Shown piece after piece: positions 28,791 to 43,654 of a stretch of DNA of 64,000 nucleotides. The notes beneath the pieces were generated by a model. The model had not been told where the DNA came from. It was given only the letters and a program-made list of their open reading frames with translations, and did not search any database. Positions within the stretch are counted from its first letter, which is position 1, and the number at the start of each line of letters is the position of its first letter. Source of the DNA: Eledone cirrhosa (lineage: Eukaryota); contig OZ024741.1 of the NCBI GenBank assembly GCA_964016885.1, forward strand, positions 46,128,001 through 46,192,000, in the 5' to 3' direction. The position numbers and the translations under genes are program-made.

Positions 28791-29167
28791 CACACATAAA
28801 CAAAGAAACACACAGGCAGAAAGGGCCCCAAAAATGAATAAGCATAAGTTTCATTGTAATGTAGTGTTCGAATGTCTGACTTAGTTTTTGTTTTTTTAGT
28901 TTTAGTTCCCCCCACCCTCTTCTCTGTCCGTCCGCCTGCTTCTCTCTTCATTCTTATTTTCTTTACGGTTTTTGTTTTTTTTTTGTTTTTGTTTTTCTCT
29001 GTTTGTTTTTCTCGTTTTTTGCTGTTGTTGCTGTGCTGCTTTGGTTTTGTTGTTTGTTTTTTCTTTTTTCTTTTGAGTCTATCTATATATTTTGATGCCT
29101 TCCTCTTTTTTAGTAGTAGGAATTCTATGATGTGGTGGCAGCAGCCAGCTACGCGAAGTGGAGGACT

Positions 29168-29724
29168 GGCGGCGGTAGCGATACTGAGACAATGGTGGTG
29201 GTGATGTCGATACCGAGGCAGTGGCGGTGGTGATGTGATCGTATTACTGTAGTGATGGTGTTGTAGCGGTGGTAGCAGTGAAGGAGTGAAGGAGTGGTGG
29301 CGGCGGTGATGGGATGGTGGGGGTAATGATGGCAGTAGTGAGCGGTGGTGGTGAAATTGCCGTTATCTGGCTGTTGTGTTTAGTGTACACAGGTTATGAG
29401 GTGGGTGGTGTATCTAGTTTCTGGTGTTGGTGAGTTTGGCTGTTCTATATAGTGTAGACAGAGGAGAGGAGGGGGGGGGGGTCTTCTTCCATTTATAGCC
29501 ATTTTCTTTTTTGGATATACAGTGTACAATACAAAGTTGAATATTTGAATATTTGAGCCTTATAACAATATATTTTGGGTTCGAATTTTTGGGGGCTCAA
29601 GCCGGGGGCTTTACGTAGCATTTGTACTAAGAGTTGTTATTTCACAAATGATTTAAATATGTTAAAAATTCAAAACTTACGGGAGCGATTTCATGACCTC
29701 CGCCACCTCGTGCGTCTTCTTCCC
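29168..29724. repeat. Dispersed ~550 bp non-coding segment, copy 2
   Basis: Matches 12031-12576. Confidence 0.85.
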
Positions 29725-29726
29725 TA

Positions 29727-29791
<65 letters not shown>

Positions 29792-29792
<1 letters not shown>

Positions 29793-32700
29793 TGCATTTA
29801 TCTTGCTTTATGTTTATACGAGTTATCACCAAGTCACAACCAGTGACCTCAAGAGACAACAAGGTCCGCCATGTTCAAGAAACAACATACATATTCACAC
29901 ATGCATCCTTAGTGTTTAGACTTGTGATGTACTTATATTGACAGAATCTTCCTTAGGATATGGGCAGTTCCCATTAGTACTATCTTTTGTATTTCTCCTA
30001 TACGTGGGTTTCCTGGGATTTGCGATAAGTAGTCGTTAGACCCCTTAGGTATCATTCCCAGAGCGCCTACAACCACTGGTATTGTTTTAGTTCTCAATTT
30101 CCACATTTTTCCAATTTCTATCTCCAGGTCCTTATACTTGCTCAATTTTTCAAATGTTTTTATAGATACATTCTTGTCTATTGGAACAGACATATCAATT
30201 AGCAGGCATACCCTCCTTTGAAAGTCCTTCAATATTATATCAGGTCTATTTGCATCTATTTTTCGGTCTGTTTGGATGCTAAAGTTCCACAAAATTGAGA
30301 AGTGATCTTTTTCAAGTATGGCAGGTGGTTGATGCTCCCACCAATTCTTTTGATGGGGCAGGTCAAAATGCTTACACATTATCCAATGTATGTATTGTGC
30401 AGCTCTGTCATGCCTGTTTAGGTATTCGGTTGGAGCTATAGGACTGCACATTGAAATTATATGGTCAATGGTCTCTGGTTGTTTTTTGCATACACGGCAT
30501 AATGGGCTGCACCCATTTTTTATTATGTTGGCTTGGTAATTTTTTGTTGGCAGACACTGATCTTGTGCCGATATAATCAGTCCTTCAGTCTCCGATTTCA
30601 GTCCAGAGGATGCCAACCACTGATGGGTTAAAGTTTTGTCAACATCAGGATTGTTAGCTCGCTCTGGGTATTTTCCATACAGAGGCTTTTCTTGCCATTT
30701 CTTAGCCAGTTTCTGTAGCAGTTCTTTCTTTGCAGTTACTTTTACCTGCTTTGCTTTTTCTGTGTTTTCCATTTCAGCAGTAAATGGGACTTCTGAAATT
30801 TGTAGTCCATTACTGTATCTTTGTGCATCTTTTGTAATGGAATATGATCTTTTGGTGCTTTCGTGTTTCAAAACGAGTTTGATCATCCAATCATGTGATT
30901 CCCTTAGATATGTGGATAATCCAATTGTTGCAGCTTTCAACGCAATGTCTAACTGGATTAACCCACGTCCTCCTTCTTTCCTAGGGAGATATATTATATC
31001 TATATCTGCCTTATAGTGATGCATTCTGTGCATGGTGAAGAATTTTCGGATTTTTGTATCGAGCCTACGGATCTCTGTGCTTGACCAGTTGATAACATTG
31101 TAACTGTAGGTTACTACTGGTATGGCAAGCGTGTTTATGGCATCGATCCTATTCCTTGCATTCAATTCCGTTCTTAAGATTACTCTGACTCTGCGGTAAC
31201 ATTCCTTCCTTATCCTTTCCCTCATTGTCGAGTGCTTGATTCCGTCTCCTTCACAAACACCTATATATTTGGAAATTTTTTCTTGATCAAGCTCTCTTAT
31301 CACGTTCCCCCGATCAAGATTAATGTCTGAACTCTTCAGCAGCTTTCCTCTGGTGAACGTTGCTTTGGCGCATTTATCCAGTCCAAACTCCATTTTAATG
31401 TCATCACTGAACTGCTTCACAGTGGATAATAGCCCTTGCAATTGTTCATCGTTTTTTGCAAATAGTTTCAGGTCATCCATGTAGAACAGGTGATTAATGG
31501 TTTTGTCATAGACTCTATATCCATGTTTTGTTTCATTGAGCATTTTACTTAATGGTATAAGTGCGATGCAGAATAAAAGCGGTGATAAAGAGTCACCCTG
31601 AAAAATTCCACAATTAATGTTAACTTCTCCAGCTTCCAGTGATTTTGTTTCACTATTCAAAAGGAGTGTCGTTCTCCATGTCCTCATACTGAATGACAAA
31701 AACCTCCTGACAACGGGGGATATTTTGAAAATCTCTAAACATTTTTCAATCCAACTGTGTGGCAAACTATCGAATGCTTTTTTATAATCTATCCAAGCAA
31801 TCGATAGATTTTTGTGTCTATTATGACAATCTTCCAGTATCATTTTGTTAACCAGAAGCTGATCCTTACAGCCATATGAGCCTCGTTTACACCCTTTCTG
31901 CTCAATGGGAAATAGGTCATTTGTTATCAGGTGGTCATATGTGCATTCAGTTAGGACTGATGTTAAAATTTTATACATTGTTGTCAAGCAGGTTATCGGT
32001 CTGTAATTTTTGGGATTGTTTGTCTCATCATTCTTCGGTAGCAGGAATGTAATGCCGTTAACTAGCCATGATGGTATCTTTTCTGGCTCCTTAACTATTT
32101 CATTGTAAAGTTGGGCTAATAGCTCATGAGACTCTGTGAAGGCATTTATCCAGAAGTTTTGTATTTTGTCTTTTCCTGGGGATTTCCATTTGCTTGTTTT
32201 TCTTAGAGCCAAGCGCAGCTGTTCAACTGTTATATTTTCCCATGTTTGTTCTTCAAGGTGAGCTGTTTCTTTCATTTGTCTGTCTATCCATGGGGCATGT
32301 ATGTTATGAACTTTTTCTTCGGCCCAGATCTTTTCCCAGAATTCTTGCACTTCCTCCTTGGGTGGTATTGATTTAACAGTTATTGTTGACTTACCAATTT
32401 TTCTGTAGAAGTTTCTTTGGTTGTTTTTGAACATATTATTGTCCTTATAGAATCTAGATCGTTTTTCAAAGCGCCTTATACGAGCAGCTTTGGCCGACAC
32501 TTTTTGCTTGATTGTTTCTATCAGCATGTCTATGTCACATGTTGATCTTATACTGTACTTTTTTTTTCAATTTTCTAAGTTTAGTTTGTTTAACATGTTC
32601 ACCTACTTTATAGTTTGTTAAAATTTCTATGTCAGATCGGAGAAGGTTTATTTGGCGATTGATGTTATCTTGCCAAGTAGATTTCTTGTGGGAATTCCTT

Positions 32701-33818
32701 TGTTTTTTCATCTTCACTCCACATAAGTGAGTGGTGACTTTAGCCGATGCATAATAGAGATGATTTAAGTCAGTAATGTTTAGTTTGTTTGTGATGATAA
32801 TGTTTTTGAGAATTATGTTAGTCTTGTGTATTATCTTTTGGTTCTGTTTGGAGTTCTGGATCTTAGGGAGGGTGTCTCGTTGCCCCATGTCAGATTCTTT
32901 CATTTTCATCCATTCGATCATAATTTCATCCTTCAAGTTGGCAAGTTCATTCTCATTCATTTCTTTATCATTTACGATCTCATTATTTTCATTTGGAGTT
33001 TCATCCTGAGCATGCACTCCCTCCACTTTTTCGCTCCTTTCTTTAATTTGTTCTGTTGCCAGTGATTCCGCCCCAACCCTGGGATTCGAAGTGTTACAGT
33101 TTACCTCGTTTTCACTGACACATGCTTCATTTTCCCTTCGCTGACTTTGTGCTACTAGCTTGATCTGATCAATTTCTATATCAGTTAGTAACTTTTTTCT
33201 TACAATATTTCTTCGTATATTGGCTAGTTTGTTACTGTCAATATGGCCTCTGTTTTCGGGATGTTTCTTTTTCCAGTTGATATATGTTTGTTCTGTATTC
33301 AATGTATTTGATGGGTAGTACATGGCAGTGTAGAAAGCCTCAAGGACTTCTTTATTATCTTCCCTTGACCATTTTTCTCTCTTTTTCTTTGGATTTCTTG
33401 GTGGTGAGCATGGAGGGCCAACAGTAGGAGTATTCCGGTTATGGGAGGTCTCCAGCTCCGAAGTGATGGGAAGGTTTGAACCATTAGCTGATTTTTCGAC
33501 CCCAGTCTGGTTCCTCTCTGAGGGACGCGGCCCTTTTTTACCCGGGTGACGGCCGATCCGGTATGAGATTTTATCATTCGACATTTACTTTATTTTGTCG
33601 CGTTTTATCCTTATCCGCCAAGGGGTAATCATTTCGTGTTACCACTTCTAGAACGAGTGTCAACCAAGACTAGAGGGGTCGTTCTCCCCTAGAGACATGG
33701 CTATTCCCCGCCGGCCGCCATCCCGGTATTTCTTGGTCACGGGGTTTTCTTTTTGTTGTTTTTTTTAAATTGTTATTATCATGAGTGGTTCCTTAATGTG
33801 AGCATTGCGTGGCTTAAG
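29792..33818 (-). mobile_element. R4/Dong-like family A, full-length, nearly intact
   Basis: Flanked by long (TTA)n on both sides; ORFs 32535..33584 and 29933..32527. Confidence 0.93.
29933..33584 (-). CDS. Dong-A RT-RLE polyprotein (~1200 aa), broken only at a poly-T run near 32560
   Basis: Intact YMDD, CCHC, RHD, RPD, KLSKY motifs; frameshift lies in a homopolymer. Confidence 0.8.
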
Positions 33819-34150
<332 letters not shown>

Positions 34151-34295
34151 AATATTTTTATATTTGTTAGATTAAATGTATTTAAGTTGTATCAAGTATT
34201 ATAATACAGGGGACGTGAGCTCAACAGTTCAGTTTACTTTTTCCCGTCGAAGGTGATACATGTTCAATTGTAATTTCTAGCTGCCTTCATTACAG

Positions 34296-36714
34296 ATGGC
34301 ATCAAGAGGCTGCAAGCATCCGACAAACGCATTTTGTTATGTGTAACATCTGTTAAAATGTGTGAAGCCTACAAGACATTATTTTGGCATGCCTGTTGGG
34401 GATCAAGACAAAATGTGGGCACTTCGTTTCACCTTCGAACTCTGCAAAAGAATGCTAGAAGGTAAGCTGAAACGTTTTGCTTGTGTGGATAGTGGAATTT
34501 TTAAGTGAAAAGTTTTCGGATTTGTATTTTAACCTTTTAGCATTTACATTACTCTATATATACTATTGTATTTTTGTGGTAAAGCTTTTAACTTACATAA
34601 TTATCTCACATAGTATCGAATCTACGAGATTTTGATATTATTTATTTTGAGAACAATACCTTAATGTTAGTATGAATGGCCAGTTACGGCTGGTTTGAAC
34701 AGTTAAATTTAATTTTATGCCTAAATATTTTTTTTTTTACTTTTTATTTTTTTAAAACCAATGTTATCAAAAATACACATATAGCCTATTAAGATTAATC
34801 GGTTTCAGCAATTGCAAATTTGTCTTGACTGAAATAATATTTACACTATATTTATATTTTGCTCTTCTCCAGGATGGAAGGCGCATGGCTTAGTGGTTAG
34901 AGCATTGGGCTTGCAATCAAAAGGTGAGTTCAATTCTCGGACCGGGTGATGTGTTGTTCCCTTGAGCAAGACACTCTATTTCACGTTGCTCCAGTTTACT
35001 CAGCGGTAGGAATGAGATGATATGATTGGGGTCCCTATCATTAAGTTACCCAAGACACCTCCAACGAGATATACCTTGCAGCTTAACCTGCATAAGTGCG
35101 AGCTGTCACACACGCACGCAAGATGGTACAGAGAATTTGAAGGGAACCAACTAACCACTCAAGCAATTGTTTCTTCTATATTGTAGACCCTTCCAAACGC
35201 CGATCTGGAAAGAATGTGACTGCTATCATATATCCAAACATTCCGTCATCCATTTCCCCAGCGCCACACTGTCCTGAACTGATCGCACCCACTCCAAAGA
35301 GAGAGCAGCTGTCTTCAGATGAAAGCTACAAACCAGATGAGGATGACGTTATTGATCCAGATTATAGAGGTGCAGCTGAAGAGAAAAGCCCATACTACCC
35401 GAACAAAAAAGACCTGAACGACTTGACCAGAGACCTTGGTCTCACAAAGTCTAATGTAGAACTTTTGACATCGAGACTCAAGCAGTGGAACTTGTTAGAT
35501 CAAATTTTTTATGTCGAAAATCGGAGAAAGTGTCACCAGTCCTTCTCAAGCTTCCTTTTCTCATGAAAATGGACTTTGTTTCTGTTACAATGTGACTAGT
35601 CTGTTTAAGGTAATTGGAATTGCCTGTAACCCCAGGGAGTGGAGCCTCTTCATCGACAGCTCATCCACGAGCCTCAAAGTACTGCTGCTTAATAACGGAA
35701 ACATATATCCCCTATTCCCCTAGCTCACTCGGTGCAGCTCAAAGAGGATACAGCAGTGTCAAAATCCTGTTAAACTTTAAGTATGAACAGTACAGTTGGG
35801 AGGTTATCGGGGACTTCAAAATGGTGGCATTCTTGATGGGCATCCAAGGTGGCTTTACCAAGTTTCCATGTTATCTTTGCTTTTGGGAAAGCAGAGACAC
35901 TGAGGCACACTACCACAGGCAAGACTGGCCACAGCAAGCCGAGTCCAGTGTCGGGATAAATAACGTCAAATGGTAGCCACTGATTGATCCACCACTTAAC
36001 TTAAAATTGGGCCTTCAAGTACCTACGAGACTTCTTCCCTAAGCTGTTTGTGACAAACGTGAAAGCCGGTATCTTCGTCAGACCACAAATAAGGAAGATC
36101 ATGGAGTACAAGGAATTCCCCAAGAAGCTTACTAAGACAGAGGAGGTGCAGTGGTTAGGGGCTTCCTGGGTGAATAACAAGGTTGAAAATTATGTGGAGC
36201 TTGTTGAGACCCTGCTGAAGAACTTCGGCAAAATGGATATCTGGATGCCCCTCAAAGTACATATCTTTGAGGCTCCTCTTGATAAATTCAAGGGCAACAC
36301 GGGAGCATATTCTGGAGAGCAAGGTGAGTGCTTCCACCAGGATATACTTGACTTTGAACGTCACTACCGAGGATCATATAATGAAAACATGATGGGAGAC
36401 AATATATGGGGCCTGATTTGTGAAAGCAATTTGCAGCTTAAGCGTAAATCCCCAAAACCCACTCACTTTCTATAATCCTAGAATAAATAAATGCTACATT
36501 TTTAATCATATGTCATTTTATCCCAACTTTGCTTGAACGAGTATGTTCACATTTGGCAGTTTTTGCAATGGGATTAGGTAAATTTAGAGATATTATTATC
36601 ATGGCCATAGCAGCAATGTTTTAAGAACATATAAGCCATTTTTCATAGTTACTAGACATAAACAAATAGGAAATAACAGTTGTTGCTCAAGGACAAAAAT
36701 CGTGTTACACAGTG
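34296..36714 (+). mobile_element. Chapaev3-like (CMC) DNA transposon, decayed transposase
   Basis: MASRGCKHPTNAFCYV N-terminus; LNDLTRDLGL, LFIDSS..LK..LL.NGN, GDFKM..GFTKFPCYLC.W, GIF..PQIR, EQGE.FHQDI; 3' terminus ...tgttacacagtg. Confidence 0.7.
34878..35120 (+). mobile_element. tRNA-derived SINE (second family) inserted in the Chapaev3 element
   Basis: A box tggcttagtgg, B box gagttcaattc, CORE-like ccttgagcaagacact. Confidence 0.65.
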
Positions 36715-39700
36715 TTATCAGGTTCGATTGGTATGTTAATCTTATCAAATATTATTTTTTTTAAGTGGCTTCATATTCTGCAACCAGTTGGAGTATATAT
36801 GAATTCGCTTTCAAAATCTCTTATAAATTATTGTTTATGAAGGAGCAGTAGTGGTGGTGGTAATAGGGTTCAGCAGGTTGTGATTTATTTGATTTACTAG
36901 AAGTGTCTTTTGTATTTAGAATAAAGGCCCATATAGTGTTTTGTTGTTCTGTGTTGTGTGTGTGTGTGCGTGTGTGTGTGTGCGCGTGTGTGTGTGTGAC
37001 TATCTCCTTCCTAGTCTTAGGTCCTCCTATGCCCTGGTGCATACTGGGCAATGAGTCTTCTCCACTTTACACGATCAGCTGTGGTATCGTGCGTAGTTTC
37101 CCAGTCCACTACAATCTTCTGCTGTGGCAATGAGATGGATCCCAATAATTGGTAAGCGGGAGAAATGGAGACCCCAAGAAAACCTGGTGCTCAACTTCCA
37201 AAGATTTTCCTAGTCTTGAAACCTTGATAAAGCTGATATGTCTGGCACTTCGGCATTTCTTCCTCCTCTCATTAGTTATTAAAAGAAAAAATTTTAAGTG
37301 ACATACACAATTCATTTCTTTAACTTCAATTTGTTTATCTTACACAAAATAAAACTCTTTATGTCGGTTATCTTTGTTACTGCATGTACTCAAATCTCTC
37401 TCCACCATATTGATCGTCCTTTCCAACTATTTTCTCTTTCTATTTATGTTTGTTTTGGATATTTCCCAAAACTTTAGTAATTATATAAGAAAATAGATTG
37501 TTTGACGAATTCTATTATTTCTACCAGAACAATGAAAGAAAAAAGATTTGTCATGTTTTCATGTCATCATCGTCATTGACTACAATGCCTCAAACTTCTT
37601 TTGGCTCTCACACTCTTCACATACTGATACTGACGTTATAGATTCCGAATAAATCGTTTACATTTCTGAACTGTCTGTGCCTGTTATTATCCTCAACTAT
37701 CTATTTCTCTGACCTACGAACCATCCTCCAAATAATTGTGACACCGTCTTATCCACCAAATCTAATATGCATCAATCCATCAAATTTCTGCTCTCATCAT
37801 TTTATATAATCAATGTATAAACAAGGTATTTCTTAGAACATCTGGCTACAAAACAACTTTCTACTCTAACCTAAAGCCTCACAATAGCTATTTATTTGTA
37901 ATTCCACCCTTGGGATGCATTTGGCAACATCACCCCTATGAAGGTTCCTGCCTAAAGCTTTAGAATTTTTCTCTCACACATCAAACCGACTTATTCCTAT
38001 TTCGATTTGTTAATATGTTTGTAATAGCTAAGACAGTGAGAGATATTTTGCTGCAAGATGATCCCATACACACTACTATACACAGGCACGGATAAGGTGT
38101 ACAGGCGACGATTGCTGCTTATATCACACGGGGGAAATCAGACATTATTGTCTGGTTGTCAAAAGTGTAGTCTCTTTGACCAACCTGCCCACCACCACCC
38201 CTGCCTCACCTCTATCACTACTCAGCGACCACTGCTCCGTTGTATCAATAAACTACATACCATAACCACGCCAAACTTTCTCTGTGTTCACTTTCATGTT
38301 CATCACATTTTTACTCACAATTTCCGTGCTAAATATTTCTCTACAGTAGTGATATCAATCATTTCATACGATACAAAACCAAATTATTACTTAGAGATAA
38401 AACTACTGAATAATATTTGTGATTCATATCCAAAATATTACTGAGAATCTTACAATGAGACCTTAAACTTTAAATATAACCCTAAATTTAACCAAGCGGC
38501 TTATAAAGAACATTTAACCTTGTTAATAGAAATAATAAATAATTACACATTTTTCCCTTATAAAAAAATATATACTATTCATAAAAGAATACTATATTAA
38601 AATAGAATTTTGTTAGAATACCATGAAGACCAAAGCTTTACAAGATCTGGAGACCAAAGCTTTACAAGATATTCCTATCACCTCCCACCTAACTTATTTT
38701 ATCTATAGCTGCATCTCTGTCCCTCTCTCCCCCTCTCTTCCCCCATATTGTTTTCCACCCTCTCCTCCTCTCTCTGTCCATAGTTTTGCTACAACAGACG
38801 TTGACCTTCAGAAATTCATACTTAATACTTACCTTATTTTTATTAGTCCAGGAGAAACGAAAAGAATTTATGGTCTCTGTCCCTCTTTCATTAAAGTAAT
38901 CAATTAACAAACAAAATAAAAAGCTGTTTAATTTATAAGTGAAATTCAGAAAAGTCTAGCGATTGCATGATAAGCATACTAATTAGAGAAATAACAAGTT
39001 GAGACGGTGTATTTCATTAAAGTTTCTAACAAAATACAATACTGCAATTAGCAGATGATATGGAGATTACAAATCTTTCCTTGAGCTTTTTAATTGTTTC
39101 TAAGACATTATGTCTTTTACTGTTTATGAAGAAAATATATTATTCGTCTTACTAAAGACATTACGTCATTTTAATCTCTAGATTTATTTTATTTTGACAC
39201 AAAGGCAATAGATGGCATGCCAGAAAGTGCAGAACGATGAGCAAAGATAATTAGCCCCATGTTTTTATCGCCCTGGGTTCTAATCCTTCTTGGCTTCACT
39301 TTCCATATCATATTTATGGAATACATTATATAAATACTGGATATAAACGTAATTAATGGGGTGTCAGAAATTGGAGACCGGAGAAGAAAAATGATCTTTC
39401 AATAATTACTCCTATTTCTTCCCATTCTGAGTTCTTATTCCACATTTGCTATCATACTTCTTATATTTTTTTATTAGGTTCGATCATTGGAATGCAACCA
39501 TGCTGGAGCATCGTCTTCAAGATATCCCTCTGTGAGACCTCCTTAGGCAAATGTCATTTACCGTAGCCACGAGTCGACCCAAGCCTTGTGATTGAAATTG
39601 TGCAGACAAAAGCTATTCCGAAGTTCGACGGATGAAGTGCATCAGTAATTCAGAGAGTTATCCGTGACACGCCATTATTTTAAACTGCAATTTTTTAAGT

Positions 39701-39915
39701 TAAGAGCAGATATGGTCTGTAGAATGCTCATGGACGTTAATTTCAGACGAAGCTGTTCCGTTGTTCGAACAACTATAAAACCTATCGTAGAAAATGACAG
39801 AATTCCATGCATAGGTTTTCAAACTATGAAAGCAATACATTAATAAATCTATAAGCTCTTATAAGAAATGTTTTAAATACTTCAATATGGTTATTTCATT
39901 ATTACTCTTCAGCAT

Positions 39916-40133
39916 GAGGGCGGTGGAGTGGCACTATCGGTAGAGGGTCGGATGCCATGCTTTGCAGCATAGAGTTACGGCCCTTTATGATCTGAATTCA
40001 ATTCCCGCTGAAGTTAACTTTGCCTTTCATCCTTACGGAGCCGATAAAATAAAGTACCAGTAACGTACTGGGGTCGATTTAATTGACTTTCACCTCCTCC
40101 CAAATTGCTGGCCTTATGCCTATAAAGAAACCC
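39916..40133 (+). mobile_element. tRNA-derived SINE with 16-bp TSD
   Basis: TSD tattactcttcagcat at 39900-39915 and 40134-40149. Confidence 0.85.
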
Positions 40134-40350
40134 TATTACTCTTCAGCATTTATTCTAGGTTTATGTTCGTCGAATAGGGAAACCAATGTAGTTCATAGGT
40201 ATGAGTGAGGCTGGGTGATTCAAAAGATCACTTGGTGACAATGTAGACCACTGTAGTAGCACACATGTACAATATAACAAAACAAGCTCATCAATGCCTG
40301 ACCTAGTTATCCAACCGTAGTTCAAGTTATTTGAGTGTTATTAATAATAT

Positions 40351-40710
40351 CACGAGAGTCGGCTAAAAGGTTCAGAGGCTGACTATGAAGGAATGAAGCT
40401 AGCGCTGTGAAATCTTGTATGTATTAATTTCAAATCTTATTATTAGTAACTGCATTGATTCTTTCTAGGTCTATGTTGAAAAATAAACCTCATTTGGTTA
40501 TTCCATGACAGTATCTTGGTCAGCCTATAAAGGAGTGATGGTAGAGCTGTGAAATCGTGCATGAATTAATTCCAGCTCTACTTAATAATAACTGTATTGT
40601 TACTTTCTAGAGACTATGTTGAAAAATAAACCCCATTTGGTCATTCCATGAGAGTATCTTGGTCAGCCTATGAACTTTTCACCCCTTGAACTTTTCGGCC
40701 GATCCTTGTA
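40351..40710. mobile_element. Tc1/mariner-derived MITE with internal ~142-bp tandem duplication
   Basis: Imperfect TIRs (aaaaggttcagaggctgac / gtcagcctatgaactttt); duplicated internal block. Confidence 0.55.
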
Positions 40711-41895
40711 CGTAAAGAAACACTGTATTCATTAATTACTTCATAAACAACACTAAAATAGTGTTTGGTCAGATCTTTTATAAAACATAAAGAAAAAGAG
40801 GAAGAAAGAAACCGATCGTTAGAAACAATGTTTCCATTGTTCTTTCAATTGCTGATACGATATTTTTTATTTTTGATAAATCAATTCACAGTTGTATAAA
40901 TAACATTACAAATATTGGTGGAAATATAAAGGGAAAAGAAAAAGAAAGAAAAAAAGGATAAACATCAAACCAAGCAACGAACAGAGGGGAAGGGGTAAAG
41001 AAGAACAGATCTGGTTGTATAGGAAAGTAGGAGAAAGGGCTATAAATGCCATAAATGAGAGGGAAAGGAGGGGAAAAGCAAGGACTTTGAAGAAAGGGAT
41101 CTGTTAGTTGCAACTCCTGGTTGAAGGAGGCAGGATTTGCACTTAGATACGGTGAAGCATTGCAGTCTACTCTTTAACAATTCCACTAATCCTTTTTTCC
41201 TGAAATGGAACTTGATTTATCGACCCAGAAAGGATGAATAGCTAGGTTGGTCCCAGAACTATTTCAACTCGAAATACAGAGCTCCGGGAAAATAGCGAGA
41301 CATTTAATCCGACACTCAAATGAGTTTACCAATTCGTCACCCATTGTAACAAAACAGAAGAAAAACTTTGCACGCAAGAACTGTCAGTTGTCTCCAACAA
41401 TAATATTGCTTATTAAATAACAACTACAATAACTGTAGCAATGTTAGGTCATAGAATCATACATAGGTTTTCAAACTATGAAGGCAATACATTAATAAAG
41501 CTATAAGCACTTATAAGAAATGTTTGAAATACTTCAATATGTTTATCGCACTATTACATTTCAGCATGAGAATGTATTTATTCTAGGTTTATGTTCGCCA
41601 AAGAGGAAAATTGATATAGTTCTTAGGTATGAGTGAGGCTGAGTGGTTCAGAAGATCACTTGGTGAAAATATAGCCCAAGGTTCTAACTCATTGCAGCAC
41701 CTTCCAGCATTGGACAAATGTATACTACTAGACACTTGAATTGAGCAATAATATTTTGAATGAAATTTGGTAGATTTAAATTATTCCATACCTAGGGGCT
41801 CGACATAAAGAGATCATGATGTAGGTACTAGTTTTTAGATGACCGACTAAACATATATATATATATATATATATGTATTTATATATATATGCATA

Positions 41896-41985
<90 letters not shown>

Positions 41986-42059
41986 TTTATATAGTAATAA
42001 TAAATGTGAAGACTAAAATCCGAAGAGGGCTCGATAAGGATTATATAAATATATATAAA

Positions 42060-42105
<46 letters not shown>

Positions 42106-42207
42106 ACAGAGCAAATATTTATTATAAGGACAGATTGAAGTTTAAGGAAAGAATCGCTGCTTTCACCCTTAACAGGATCTTCTGAAACTCAGATATATAT
42201 ACATAAT

Positions 42208-42378
<171 letters not shown>

Positions 42379-42557
42379 TAGAATTTAGTATATCTACTAA
42401 GATATGCGTACAGATGTACGCTAATGCCAGCAAATACATAAGTTATGTCATAGTACCTAGGTGGTTCAATGCAGGAGGATGCAGAACAATAATATGAAGG
42501 ACGTAAAATAAGAAAATTTAAAAAAAAGATTTTAAAAATTAACTTACTAAAATTTTC

Positions 42558-42639
42558 ACTCCAACTAATTAGTTTCTGCAATGGGATAAAGACAGTTACG
42601 TAATATAACCGTCGAGAATTCATTGCATCATCAGGGAGT
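42558..42639 (-). ncRNA. Type I hammerhead ribozyme (F1)
   Basis: ACUCC-CUGAUGA-UGCAAUG..CAUUGCA-GAAA-CUAAUUAG-UU-GGAGU. Confidence 0.85.
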
Positions 42640-43114
42640 CTATTCTCAGCTAAGTCTCCAGGCAATGCGCGGACACCGGGGACTCATATAAAAATAATAA
42701 TAATTCGGTAGATGGAACAGCTAGCGGGGACTAGATTCCATGCACTGAAAAGCTCGCTGTCTCTGGTCAAATGGCAGATTCTAAAGAATCAATCACGTGA
42801 CACTGAGATAGTCGGAAGGAGTGGGATGGTAAGATGACAGAAGCCTACTACCACACCAATGAATTAGTAGTGGTTTTGGCAGGTTTGCTCAACAAATAAA
42901 TAATTTGGAGATAAATATAGAGAATTTAGTATATCTACTAACATATGCGTACAGATGTACGCTAATGCCAGCAAATACATAAGTTATGTCATAGTACCTA
43001 GGTGGTTCAATGCAGGAGGATGCAGAACAATAATATGAAGGACGTAAAATAAGAAAATTAAAAAAAAAGATTTAAAAAAATTAACTTACTTACTGGAGAC
43101 TTAGCTGAGAATAG

Positions 43115-43196
43115 ACTCCCTGATGACGCAATGAATTCTCGACGGTTACATTACGTAACTGTCTTTATCCCATTGCAGAAACTAATTAGTTGGAGT
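43115..43196 (+). ncRNA. Type I hammerhead ribozyme (F1); predicted cleavage after 43191
   Basis: Stem I ACUCC/GGAGU, CUGAUGA, GCAAUG/CAUUGC, GAAA, palindromic stem III, GUU. Confidence 0.85.
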
Positions 43197-43654
43197 GAAA
43201 ATTTTAGTAAGTTAATTTTTAAAATCTTTTTTTTTTATTTTCTTATTTTACGTCTTTCATATTATTGTTCTGCATCCTCCTGCATTGAACCACCTAGGTA
43301 CTATGACATAACTTATGTATTTGCTGGCATTAGCGTACATCTGTACGCATATGTTAGTAGATATACTAAATTCTCTATATTTATCTCCAAATTATTTATT
43401 TGTTGAGCAAACCTGCCAAAACCACTACTAATTCATTGGTGTGGTAGTAGGCTTCTGTCATCTTACCATCCCACTCCTTCCGACTAGCCTCAGGGTCACG
43501 TGATTGATTCTTTAGAATCTGCCATTTGACCAGAGACAGCGAGCTTTTCAGTGCATGGAATCCAGTCCCCGCTAGCTGTTCCATCTACCGAATTATTATT
43601 ATTTTTATGTGTCCCCGGTGTCCGCGCATTGCCTGGAGACTTAGCTGAGAATAG

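Noticed and set aside
37350-38450. Possible decayed Penelope GIY-YIG remnants (also ~850-1100 on the minus strand)
   Set aside because: Only faint motif resemblance; needs a profile search before calling
39880-39915. CTGAAGA...GAAA on the minus strand
   Set aside because: No convincing stem II, stem III or stem I
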